DNA of 64,000 nt. Source: Malacoraja senta (taxonomy: Eukaryota). Location of the stretch: the NCBI GenBank assembly GCA_038087875.1, contig CM075996.1, positions 9,488,001 to 9,552,000 of the forward strand. Reading direction: 5' to 3'. Position numbers and translations under genes: made by a program. The notes under the pieces were generated by a model that was given only the letters and a program-made list of their open reading frames with translations, ran no database searches and was not told the DNA's origin. Positions 1-11,750 of the stretch are shown here, piece by piece; within the stretch, counting starts at the first letter, position 1; each line of letters begins with the position of its first letter.

Positions 1-874
1 GATTGGGGACGATCAGCCATGCTCACAATGAATGGCGGTGCTGGCTCGGGGCCGAATGGCCTCCTCCTGCACCTATTTTCTATGTTGTGCTTGTTTACAG
101 GGTGATTGCTGGCTGGCACATACTCAGTGGGCTGAAGGGCCTGTTTCCACGCTGTATCTCTAAAGTCATCTCTAAAGTTACTCATTAAGGTCTATAACAT
201 TACATTAAAAATAAGATTGGGTGACACAGTGGGGCAGCTAGTTAGAGCTGCTGCCAACAGGGCCAGAGGGCAGAGCACCCAGAGGAAACACATGCGATCA
301 CAGGGAGAACATGCAAACTCTGCACAGACAGCACTGGAGATCCTGATCCTGATTTCTGGTGCTGTCTGTGCAGAGTTGGTACAATGGGTTTCCTGCGGGT
401 GTTCCGGTTTCCTACCACATCCCAAAGGCATGCGGGCTTGTGGGTTAATCAGCCTCTGTAAATTGCCCCAGAGTGTGTAGGGTTGTGTAGGATGTGAAAT
501 GGGATAACATAGAACTAGTATGAACGGGTGATCTATGGTTGGCGTGGACTCAGTGGGTCAAAAAGTCTGTTTCCATGTTGTATCTTTCAATCAATTAATT
601 AATCCATCAAACCTATACAGCACACTACAGCAAACCTATACAGCACCATTACTATCTACTGCGTCAACAACAATTCAATAGTCCTACTCCTTGTCACATT
701 GTGCAGCGTTGAGCTCCACTGACATTTCTTCTGATGATGTCTTGGCTTAGGACATTCTTGAGTAGAATGTGAACGACAAACCTGAGTGCCTTGACTAATG
801 GTGGGTCAGTTTAATTTAGAGATACAGTGCAGAAAAGGGACTTTGGCCGCACCGACCAGCCGACCCTGCACATT

Positions 875-1715
875 ATATAACCATATAACCATATAACCAT
901 AACAGCACGGAAACAGGCCATCTCGGCCCTTCAAGTCCGTGCCGAACATTTTTTTTTTTTTTTTTAAATTAAAAATAAAATACTTCCCCCTAGTCCCATC
1001 TACCTGCACTCAGACCATAACCCTCCATTCCTTTCCCGTCCATATACCCATCCAATCTATTTTTAAAGGATAAAATCGAACCTGCCTCCACCACTTCCAA
1101 TGGAAGCTCATTCCACACAGCTACCACTCTCTGAGTAAAGAAGTTCCCCCTAATGTTACCCCTAAACTTCTGTCCCTTAATTCTCAAGTCATGTCCCCTT
1201 GTTTGAATCTTCCCTACTCTCAATGGGAAAAGCTTATCCACGTCCACTCTGTCTAACCCGCTCATAATTTTAAAGACCTCTATCAAGTCCCCTCTTAACC
1301 TTCTGCGCTCCAAAGAATAAAGACCTAACTTGTTCAACCTTTCTCTGTAACTTAGTTGCTGAAACCCAGGCAACATTCTAGTAAATCTCCTCTGTACTCT
1401 CTCTATTTTGTTGACATCCTTCCTATAATTAGGCGACCAAAATTGTACTCCATACTCCAGAATTGGCCTCACCAATGCCTTGTACAATTTTAACATTACA
1501 TCCCAACTTCTATATTCAATGCTCTGATTTATAAAGGCCAGCACACCAAAAGCTTTCTTTACCACCCTATCTACATGAGATTCCACCTTCAGGGAACTAT
1601 GCACAGTTATTCCTAGATCCCTCTGTTCAACTGCATTCCTCAATTCGCTACCTTTTACCGTGTACGTCCTATTTTGATTTGTCCTGCCGAGATGTAGCAC
1701 CTCACATTTGTCAGC
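875..1715 (-). mobile_element. CR1-type LINE 3' end inserted into a SINE
   Basis: ORF 990-1700 (LVRPILEYGVQFWSP, RRRLRGDLIEVFKI) and an (ataaccat)n tail. SINE halves lie at about 808-874 and 1718-1950. Confidence 0.9.
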
Positions 1716-2129
1716 ATAATTAACACTATCCTACACACTAGGGACAATTTTACACATACACCAAGCCAATGAACCTACAAACCTGTGCATCTTTGGAGTG
1801 TGGGAGGAAAACTACGATCTTGGAGAAAACCCACGCAGGTCACGGGGAGAACGTACAAACTCCCTACAGACAGCACCCGTAGCCAGGATTGAACCCAGGT
1901 CTCCGGCGCTGCAAGCGCTGTAAGGCAGCAACTCTGTCGCTGCGCCACTCGGTTACATCCGAGTCAGATATTGGCCATCCCCAATCCGCCATTGATGGAA
2001 GCCACTCCCAGGTGTGATGGTCACCATTTCAAATTAGACACCTGGTATTAGTCCTGTGATTATTACTGCATCATTATAACATCAATTCTTCTATCACCAT
2101 CAGTGGAAAAACATTACCACTAGACTTAA

Positions 2130-2459
2130 AGGGCCTGTGCCACTTACGCGATTTTGACGGCGACTTGCCCTCACCCGTCATAGTCGCAGCAGGTCGCTGA
2201 AAATTTTCAAAATGTTGCAAATCCAGCGGTGACCAGAAAACGGTACGACTCTTTGGGCGACGACTCACGACCATACAGGCGTCACCCAGCGACATGTCGA
2301 CACGTGACGCCTGTATGGTCGAGAGTAGTCGCCCAAAGAGTCGTACCTTTTTCTGGTCGCCTCTGGATTTTCAACATGTTGAAATTTTTCGGCGACCTGC
2401 TGTGAATATGACGGGTGCTGGCAGTCGCCGAAAAAAATCGCATAAGTGGGACAGGCCCG
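2130..2459. mobile_element. PIF/Harbinger-type MITE, internally palindromic
   Basis: TIR agggcctgtgccact / agtgggacaggcccg with TAA flanks; the two halves are long inverted repeats. Confidence 0.85.
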
Positions 2460-2614
2460 TAATAATTTTATATGTTCTGTTAAAATCCCCTCTCATCCTC
2501 TAGAGGTGTGAGTAGGGCGAGAGAGTGATCATCAACAGGAGAGAAGATTGAAAGCAGATCACAGCATCACCTGAACATACAAACTAAAGGTCAGGAGCTA
2601 AAGGTCAGGCATAC

Positions 2615-2817
2615 CTGCGGCCGCAAGGTGTGTGGGATTCCGGAGAGCACCAAAGATCGCAGCTTCTGGGAGCGCGGCAACACCACGTCGATTTTATCCC
2701 AGGTCAAATCGCCAACGTCGTGATTGTGTGTGAACTCGAGGTGCGCCTGCCATCTCAGCCTCTGCTGCGGGTCTTCCGCGATCCCGAGGACTCTCCTGTG
2801 ATTTGTTTCATCTCCAT
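2615..2817 (-). CDS. SGSM3: SGSM3-like coding exon, start of the TBC/RabGAP domain ([68 protein letters not shown])
   Basis: tttctccag|AT...CAG|gtatgc, 203 bp. [24 protein letters not shown] is the SGSM3 signature. The gene continues left of the window. Confidence 0.95.
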
Positions 2818-2979
2818 CTGGAGAAATGCAACACAGGTGGGTCAGTACGGTGGATCTTCTCCATGTATTCAATGGATCTATCCGTGGCTGAATCCATCCA
2901 AATGTTTCTGCTCTGCCCCAGTACCCGGTCATACAGCATGGAAACCTTCAGTCGGCTTACCCATGCCAACCAAGGTGTC

Positions 2980-4085
2980 AATAGACAATAGACAATAGGT
3001 GCAGGAGTAGGCCAGTCGGCCCTTCGAGCCAGCAAAGCCATTCAATGTGATCATGGCTGATCATCCCCAATCCTTACCCTGTTCCTGCCTTCTTCCCATA
3101 TCCCGACTCCGCTATCTTTAAGAGCCCTATCTCGCTCTCTCTTGAAAGTATCCAGAGAACCGGCCTCCACCGCCCTCTGAGGCAGAGAATTCCACAGACT
3201 CACAACTCTCTGCGTGAAAAAGTGTTTCCTCGTCTCAGTTCTAATTGGCTCACCCCTTATTCTTAAACTGTGGCCCCTGGTTCTGGACTCCCCAAACATC
3301 GGGAACATGTTTCCGGCCTCTAGTGTGTCCAAACCCTTAATCTTATATGTTTCAATAATATCACCTCTCATCCTTCAAAATTTCAGAGCATATGACATTC
3401 TCTCAGCATAAGACAGTTCTGCCATCCCGGGAATTACCCCTTATTTCTAAACTGTGGCCCCTGGTTCCATCTACACTCATCCCATCAACACTCATCCCCG
3501 TTTATTTCATATCCCTCTAAACCTTTCCTATCCATGTACCTGTCCAAATATCTTTTAAATGTTGTTATAGTTATAGAGGGTGGTGGGTATGTGGAATGAG
3601 CTGCCTCAACTACCTCCTCCGGCAGCTCATTCCACATACCCACCACCCTCTGTGTGGAAAAGTTATCCCTCAGATTTCTATTCCTTTTTCCCCCCCTCAC
3701 CTTAATCCTATGTCCTCTGGATCTTGATTCGCCTACTCTGGGTGCATTTATCTATCGATTCCCCTCATGATCTTTTAGACTATAAGATCCCTCTCATCCT
3801 TCTACATTCCTAAGGAATACAGTCATAGCCTGCCCAATATCTCCCTTTAGTTCAGCCCCTTGAGTCCTGGCATCATCCTCGTCAATCTTCTCTGCACTCT
3901 TTCCAGCTTAACAAATGTTCCTACAGCAGTGCGAACATAACTGAACACTATAGTCCAACTGGGGCCTCATCAGCGTCTTGTACAGCTACAACATAACATC
4001 TCAACTTTCGCGCAATACCCTGACTGATGGAGGCCAATGCACAGAACGCCTCCTTGATCACCTTATCTACCTGTGACGCCACTTT
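2980..4085 (-). mobile_element. Cluster of CR1/HER1 3' fragments
   Basis: ORFs 3051-3371 and 3485-3700 with TRGHSLRI and FTQRVV.LWN; caataga tail. Confidence 0.85.
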
Positions 4086-4830
4086 CAGTGTGGGCATTGT
4101 GTCACTAGAGAGGGGGAAGATTTAAAAGGAGCCCGATGGACAACTTTTTCAGAGGATGGTGGGAGGAAGTGGATAGAGGCAGGTACAATAACAACATTCG
4201 GAAGACACTTTGACAGGTACATGGATAGAAAATGTTTCAGAAAAATATCGGACAAATGCAATTAAAAAGGATTGACAAGCAGGTAAAAAGTACTGGCAGA
4301 GATAGACAAATTCTTGATTAGAACGGGTGTCAAGGGTTATGGGGAGAAGGCAGGAAAATGGGATTAGGAGGCAGAGATTAGCCATGATTGAATGATGGGC
4401 CGAATGGCCTAATTCTACTCCTATAACTTGTGAACATCTTGGTTAATGTAGCATGTGCAGTTGTGTTGAAGTGACTGTATAACTATATGACTCTATTACA
4501 GTTGGTGTTACTGCCTCCAGTGTACTCAGGTCAACGTTGACCTTGAGTTTCATCTATGTGGAGTTTGCATGTTCTCCCGACGACCATGTAACTTTCTTGC
4601 CCAAGTGCTTGGACTTCAGCTGACATCCCAAAGTCTCGACGGAACATTAATCCTATTGTGGCCAAGTGGCAAAATAATTAAAGTGGGAGAGAGTAAATTG
4701 AAGAGTTACAGGAAAAGTAGAGGGGGAATGGAACTAAAAGGACAGCTCTGCTGGCCCCGATGGGCGAACCTCTTTGTTCTGTTTTGCAACAATAAAATCC
4801 TTTCTCCTTGTCAAATCATTTAGCCAATTA

Positions 4831-5160
4831 AGGGTGGCACGGTTGCGCAGCGGTAGAGTTGCTGCCTTACAGCGCGAGAGACAAGGGTTCCATCCTGACT
4901 ATGGGATCTGTCTGTATGGAGTTTGTACGTTCTCCCCGTGACCTATGTGGGTTTTCTCCAGGAGCTCCGGTTTCCTCTCACACTCCAAAGACGTGCAGGT
5001 TTGTAGGTTAATTAGCCTGGTATAAATGTAAACTGTCCATAGTATGTGTGGTATTGCGTTAGTGTGTGGGGATTGCTGGTCGGCACGGACCCGGTGGGCC
5101 GAATGGCCTGTATCCGCGCTGTATCCCTGAAACTAAACTTTTAAACTAAAACTAAGCTAA
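4831..5160 (+). mobile_element. tRNA-derived V-SINE (HE1-like), representative full copy; dozens more, e.g. 12605-12907 (-), 42428-42735, 54510-54795 (-), 55860-56162, 58699-59000
   Basis: A/B-box-like head (ggcgcagcggtagag...ggttcgatcc), conserved core, 3' tail shared with CR1 (gggccgaagggcctgtttcc), ending in (taaac)n. Confidence 0.85.
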
Positions 5161-5450
5161 TAGTCATAGTGCTATTGGCACGGAAACAGGCCCTTCAGCC
5201 CACCTTGTCCATGTCAACCAATTTGATATTCTAGGCTACTCCCATTTGCCTGCACTTGGCCAAATGCTCTCTCAACCCTTCCCACCAATATATCTGCCAA
5301 ATGTCTTTTGAAAGTTGTAAATTTTGTTTGAAAACTGCTCCCATGAAGTGAATTTGAAGGGGTTACTGTGTTAAGTGGCAGTGGTCGCTGGTGTTGGAGG
5401 CAGTGGTGGACAAGCAGAGGGCCCAGGCAAGTCCAACAGGCAGTTGTTAC

Positions 5451-5514
5451 CTTCTTTGTCGAAGCGAAATCCAAACTCGTCGTACTGGAACTCTGGGTGT
5501 GGTACAGACTCCTC
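5451..5514 (-). CDS. SGSM3: SGSM3-like coding exon EESVPHPEFQYDEFGFRFDKE
   Basis: ctctttcag|GAG...GAA G|gtaac, 64 bp, phase 0 to 1. Contains the YDEFGF motif of the SGSM3/TBC N-terminus. Confidence 0.93.
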
Positions 5515-5685
5515 CTGAAAGAGAAGCAGTGGGTGAATTCCACTCTATGTTTCCAACACATGCTAGTAACTGGGCACTGAAGAACCTCCCCGCCCGCAGG
5601 TAGATAGTAGGAAATCATTTGCAGTAGGGGCGGCACGGTGGCGTAAGTAGCAGCATGGTGGTGCAGCGGTAGAGTTGCTGCCTTA

Positions 5686-6164
5686 AGGGCCTGTCCCACG
5701 CGTCTAGCGCGACCTAACGTGGTCGCTTGAGCTGTACGGCCTCGCGGGGCCGGTCCCACTTCGATCGCCGGAGCCGTATGGAGTTGTGCGGAGCTGGTCC
5801 CGACATCGCACAGGGCTCCGAAAAACTGATACTGTTAAAAAATTCCGCGCGGCAACGGCCTGCTGGACCGCAGCCGCCTCGACGCCGTACGCAGCGTCTC
5901 GACGGCGTACGCAGCATCTCGACCCCGTACGCAGCGTCTTGACGCCGTACGTCACGCGCGACCTTCCCGCGGACTTCGCTCGAACCTCACGTCACTCACT
6001 CGACCTCCGCGCGGCCCCCGCTTCCGGTTTGGTCGCGCTCGCCGCATGCAGTCGCATGCTGGTGGGACAGGCCCTGTACGGGGATCACTCGACCTCCGCG
6101 CGGCCCCCGCTTCCGGTTTGGTCGCGCTCGCCGCATGCAGTCGCATGCTCGTGGGACAGGCCCT
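5686..6164. mobile_element. PIF/Harbinger-type MITE with a duplicated right end, inserted in a SINE
   Basis: TTA TSD (5683-5685, 6165-6167) splits the SINE motif gccTTAcagcgcc; TIR agggcctgtcccac. Confidence 0.88.
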
Positions 6165-6799
6165 TTACAGCGCCAGGTTTGATCCTAACTACAGGTGCTG
6201 TCTGTACGGAGATTGTACGTTCTCCCCCTAACCTGTGTGGGTTTTCTCCGGGATCTCCAGTTTCCTCCCAAGACGTACAGGTTTGTAGGCTAATTGGCTT
6301 GGTTAAATTGTAAACAGAAAGCAGTCAAATTTAAAAGAGAATTTTCCCAGCAGAATAAAGTCTGGGAAAATTTTCTTTTAAATTTGACTACTCTCTGTTT
6401 TTCAGCAAATCTCCATTTTTAATTTACGAATCAAACTTGACCAAATTAAACTCTTTCATCCCTAGTGTGTGCAGGGTAGTGCTAGTGTGCGGGGATCGCT
6501 GGTCGACGCAGACTCGGTGGGCCGAAGGGCTTGTTTCCGCGCAGTATCTCTACACTCAAATAGAGGCCATAGGAGTTAGAGACTCTCAAAACGTTTAAAA
6601 AGTCAAAGATGAGCACCTGAAGTTATTTTCCCCAGGGTGGGGGAATCAAGAACCGGGGGGCAAAAGTTTAAGGTCAAAAGGGAAAGATTTAACAGGAATC
6701 TGAGGGGGATTTTTTTCCCCCCAGGGTAGTGGGTATATGGAGGAGGAGCAAGTAATATAAGAACATGTAAAAGACATTTGAACAGGAAAGGTTTACAGG

Positions 6800-7765
6800 G
6801 ATACAGGGAGGAAGTAAAACAACTAGTGGACTGGTGCGGCAAAAATAATCTAGAACTAAATGTGGAAAAAACAAAGGAGATGGTTGTCGACTTCAGGAGG
6901 GCGCAGCCAAAGCATGCACCCCTTAACATCAGTGGCGCCACAGTGGAGAGAGTGGAGAGCATAAAGTTCCTCGGGGTGCAAATTACGGACAGCCTCACCT
7001 GGTCCAGAAACACCACTGGGACCGTCAAAAGGGCCCATCAGCGACTGCACTTCCTGAGGAAACTAAAACAGGCCTCAATCCCCACCAACATCCTCAGGAC
7101 TTTCTACAGGGGTACGGTGGAGTCTGTACTCACGTACTGTTTAAATACGTGGTACTCCACCTGCAACTGCTCGGACAGGAAGGCTCTGCAGAGGGTAGTG
7201 AGGGGAGCAGAGAAGATCATTGGCGTCTCCCTACCCTCGGTACAAGAACTGTTCCTGAGCCGCTGTCGGAAAAAAGCTCACAAAATTGCCAAGGACAAAA
7301 TGCACACCCTCCACATACACCTGGATCTCCTGCCATCAGGCAAGAGATATCGCAGCATCAAAGCCCGGACTACAAGACTGCTAAACAGCTTCCTGCCATA
7401 TGCTGTGAGTCTGCCAAACAGCCACTCTGTACTCACAGTCACCTGATTCTGCGGCTTGGCACGGACACTATAATAACTGGCACTGGCCACTTCAATAACT
7501 GGCACTGGCCACTCAAATCAGCCACCCCGGACATGTTTATGATTGGTCTCACTGTACTTTAACGTTGTTTGTATCTATTTTAACTTATACTGTTCCATCA
7601 GGGACTGGATTGTTTTAGTGTTGTTATTATTATGTGTGAAATGTTTTAAACGTCATGTGCGATGCTCCGGTATTCCCTGGGAAACGTCTTTTCGTTTTGC
7701 ACTGCACAACTGTTGCTTGCAAGATGACAATAAAGGAATTGAATTGAATTGAATTGAATTGAATT
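6800..7765 (+). mobile_element. Rex1/Babar-like LINE 3' part with (ttgaa)n tail
   Basis: YREEVKQLVDWC..NNLELNVEKTKEMVVDFRR, KFLGV, QRLHFLRKL, LLPSGKRYRS. Confidence 0.82.
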
Positions 7766-9202
7766 GGATATGCGCTAAACGCAGGCAGGTGGGACTAGTG
7801 TTGTGTAGATGGGGCATCTTGGTCGGCATGGGCAAGTTGGGCCGAAGGGTCTGTTTCCACACTGTAAGTCATATAAGTCATATGAACCATAATATTACAG
7901 TGGATGGGCATCTGGTGGTCCGCATGCTTTTGCGCTGTGTGTCTATTTAGCGCTACATCAATAAAGAGACTGCAGGCCATAAGACAGCTCAGAGACAGTA
8001 AATGGGCAGCAAAGTGCCGAAAGGTCACATGTTGCTCGACCTTCTAGTTGGCGACACACAGAGTTTATGAGGCACAGGATAGAGAGGGGCAATTAACCAG
8101 ATGAACAATCCCTTAACCCGTCATGTGTGAATGCCCCAGTGACAAATGCATCACAGGTCAGATGTCCACCTACATGGAGAGTGTTACTGTATCTTCTGCA
8201 TCACAGCCACAACTCAATGGTGCAGGCTGCATCTTCACATGCATGTGTCTAAACTAGTCCATTTATTGTAGCTGCCGACTGTTATTTAACAACGTCCAGT
8301 TGTATGAACCGGACAAGAGCCTGGCATAGTCGGCAGCGCTCGATGGGGGGGGTGTCGGACTCTGAGGGGGGGAACAGACGTGCTTTGTTGTACGAGTAGA
8401 TGTGGTTCTACCCAGGTCAGGGCAGGCACCCTTGGAGCAATGAATCAAATGTGCAGGTCAAGAGGACAGGGGTTAGGTGGGAGAGATAAACCAGCCATGA
8501 TTGAATGGCCGAGAAGACTTGATGGGCCTAATTCTGCTCCTAGACCTTATGACTTAGGACCTTATGAGAGTGGACAGGTATACCCCAGAGCAAAATGGTT
8601 GCACAACTCTGAACTGAAAGGGTTAACGGAAAGTAGCTCTTTTAACACCCCTTCGAGCTGTTTGATTTTAACGTGATGAATTACACCCCAAGGGCTCTTA
8701 CGCTGTGCGCTGATGGATTCCATTCTTTGCTTTTTAAACTGAAGATGACAACTTTTGAAACATTAGAAGTTCTGCAAGAGATCTGGCAGTTTCCAGTTAC
8801 ATTAAGAAAGAAAAGCAGGCATCTGCAAGCATTCTGCATTGTGCCGATGTACAGGATGTCTTGTTATTTGTACGCGCTCAGTAAGAACTGGTGTTACAAA
8901 TGGAAATGGGAATAATCAGATGGACAGGTGTTTGTTACAAATTATCCACAGAGGTATCACACACCATTCAGGAGATAATGTCTTCCCTTGGCTGAGGCTC
9001 ATCTAGTTACGAGAAATAATTATGAGTGCCCAATAGACAGTGGTAAGCTGTTCAGTTCAGTTTAGTTTATTGTCACGTGTACCAAGGTACAGTGAATAGC
9101 TTTTGTTGCGTGTTATCCAGTCAGCAGAAAGAGGATACATGTTCACAAGGGAATAACATTTAGTGCAAGGTAAAGTGAGCAAAGACCGATGAAGGATAGT
9201 CA

Positions 9203-9409
9203 AAGGTAGACAAAAATGCTGGAGAAACTCAGCGGGTGAGGCAGCATCTATGGAGCGAAGGAAATAGGCAACGTTTCAGGTCGTGACCCTTGGGTCTCGA
9301 CCCGAAACGTTGCTTTTCCTTCGCTCCATAGATGCTGCCTCACCCACTGAATTTCTCCAGCATTTTTGCCTAACTTCGATTTTCCAGCATCTGCAGTTCC
9401 TTCTCAAAC
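9203..9409. mobile_element. Short fold-back element built from two inverted Penelope terminal repeats (also 19867-20069, 21851-22071, 22890-23103, 32209-32413)
   Basis: The left arm is the reverse complement of the right arm; TSD aaggatagtca at 9192-9202 and 9410-9420. Confidence 0.8.
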
Positions 9410-10684
9410 AAGGATAGTCAGAGGGTCACCAATGAGGTAGATAGTAGTTCAGCACTGCTCTCTGGTTGTGGTAGGATGATTCAGTTGCCTGATAACAGCT
9501 GGGAAGAAACTGTCCCTGAATCTGGAGGTGTGCGTTTTCACACTTCTATACCTTTTGCCCATTGGGAGAGGGGAGAAGAGGGAGTGGCCAGGGTGCGACT
9601 CGTCCTTGATTATGCTGCTGGCCTTGCCGAGGCAGCGTGAGGTATAAATGGAGTCAATGGAAGGGAGGTTGGTTTGTGTGAAGGTCTGGGCTGCGACCAC
9701 AATTCGCTGCAATTCCTTACGGTCTTGGATGGAGCTGTTCCCAAACCAAGGTGTGATTTGTGACAAAATGCTTTCTATGGTGCTAATGCAGGGTGTAACA
9801 TCATGCACTACAATTAATGCTTTCCATCACACCTACCAACGCCATTTGGGCACTCCTACATAGCCTACACACATGTGGGAGATCTCATGTACGTCAGTGC
9901 TACAGACAAACTACGTGGCAGACTCCCTGAATTTGAGGAGCAGAGAAAAGAGTTTTGATTCCAAATCTGCTTGAAAAATCGAAGGGAAGGTAACAGTGAT
10001 ATGCAGAACCCGGGTCGGGCAATACCGTGTTTTGCCCACCATGTCGACAGGACTGGAAATGGAGAACAGAATTAAGAATTGAGTTATGGTGGGAAAGATT
10101 CTGAAACTGGGCAGTGACAGTTTATATCTTCTGTTGGGTTTGACAAATGACGCATGTTTTAGCATTTATTGAGTTGCTCTTAGCAACGGATTTGGGCGTA
10201 GTCCCTTATAGGACTTATAAAGGGCAGCAATCGGGAAAGGACAAAAGAGAAAATGATTGCTGCAGAATAATGTCCCCCGGAAATGAATATTGTTGTCACG
10301 TAGTTATAAGGGACAGCAGATGCCGCAATCCTGAGAAAGATACAAAGTGCTGGAGTAACTCAGTGGGTCAGGTATATCTGTGGATGAGTGGCACAGTGAT
10401 AGAGTTGCAGCCTTACAGCGCTAGAGACCCAGGTTCAATCCTAACTACGGGTGTGTATGGAGCTTTTACGTTCTCCCTGTGACCACGTGGGTTTTCTCCG
10501 GGTGCCCTGGTTTTCTGCCACATTCCAAAGACGTACAGATTTGTCGGTTAATTGGCTTCTGTAATTTATCCTTGGTGTGTAGGGTGGAATTGGTGTAATC
10601 GCTGGTCAATGCGGACTCAGTGGGCCGAAGGGTCTGTTTCCATGCTGTATCTCTGATGATTAGGGACCGGAGCATTCTTCAAAC

Positions 10685-11097
10685 CAAAGATCCTATAACA
10701 AGCAAGATAGATCACTCGACGAAAAAGACGTAGTACGGCCATGGGCAGATTCATGGGTAATTTTCGGCCCCATTTCCGTAACCGGCTTCCGTCTCCGCAC
10801 CAAAGATCCCATAGCGGAGCAAAGATACTAGTGCGGGGACGGAAGCCGGTTATGGAAACATCCTCGTAAAAATCAAAGTTCTTTGGTAAAAATCTTCTCC
10901 TCATTTTCAGAATTATAATTTATTAACACAAACTGTTCCCCCGCAACATTGATTACACAGCGAGTCGGGTCGGGTCGGGTTGGGTCGGTTACTGAAATGG
11001 ATGAAAAAAAGGCCCACGTTCCGCTCCGTTGCGTACTACACGTCTGCCCATTGTATTTAGCAGGAGTGGTCTATCTTGCTCCGCTATAGGATCTTTG
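10685..11097. mobile_element. Non-autonomous DNA transposon with 8-bp TSD (hAT- or P-like)
   Basis: TIR caaagatcctata / tataggatctttg; TSD cttcaaac at 10677-10684 and 11098-11105. Confidence 0.85.
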
Positions 11098-11530
11098 CTT
11101 CAAACTGATTGGAGTAAGGGGGGGGAGGAAGCTGGAAAAGAGCCGTGAGGGAGGGACAAGGTCTGCTGAGTGATAGGTGGATACAGGTGAGAGGGTTTGA
11201 TTGGCTGGTGGGTGGAGTAAGTGACATAGGGCTGGAAATGAAAATGAGACAGGGGAGAAGGGATAGAAGAAAAGTGAATTGTACAGCCAGTGGGAGGGAC
11301 ATCGGTTGGAAGGGGACAGAGAGGGGGGGGGGGTGAATAGACGTCATGCCATTTCTCAAACTAGTGGTTATTCACTGCAATAACCAAAAATCCAAAAGGA
11401 GGCAGGGTAGGCTGTCCAGTCAGTTCATCTAGACCGAGACTGCAGGGGTTAATAGAGCAGAGAGTAAATGAAGAGTCCGATGAGTGCAGGAAGGTCATTT
11501 GCAGCTTGATCTTCAGGCCAATGCAGAGTT

Positions 11531-11750
11531 AAGGGCCTGTCCCACTTTCACGATCTAATTCACGACCTCTGCCCTTGACTCATACTCGCAGCATGGTCGT
11601 CACGAGGTCGTAGGAGGTCGTAGGTAGGTCGTGATGCTAGTCGTAGGTACTCGTGGCATCAAGTAGGTCGCTGCGTTTTTTCTAGCTTGATGAAAAATGT
11701 CCATGAGTAAAAAGGGTCGTGAATTAGGTCGTGAAAGTGGGACAGGCCCT
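11531..11750. mobile_element. PIF/Harbinger-type MITE
   Basis: agggcctgtcccactttcacga...tcgtgaaagtgggacaggccct with TWA flanks. Confidence 0.85.

Noticed and set aside
4831..4905. tRNA-like sequences (many copies)
   Set aside because: These are SINE heads continuing into SINE body and tail, not tRNA genes.
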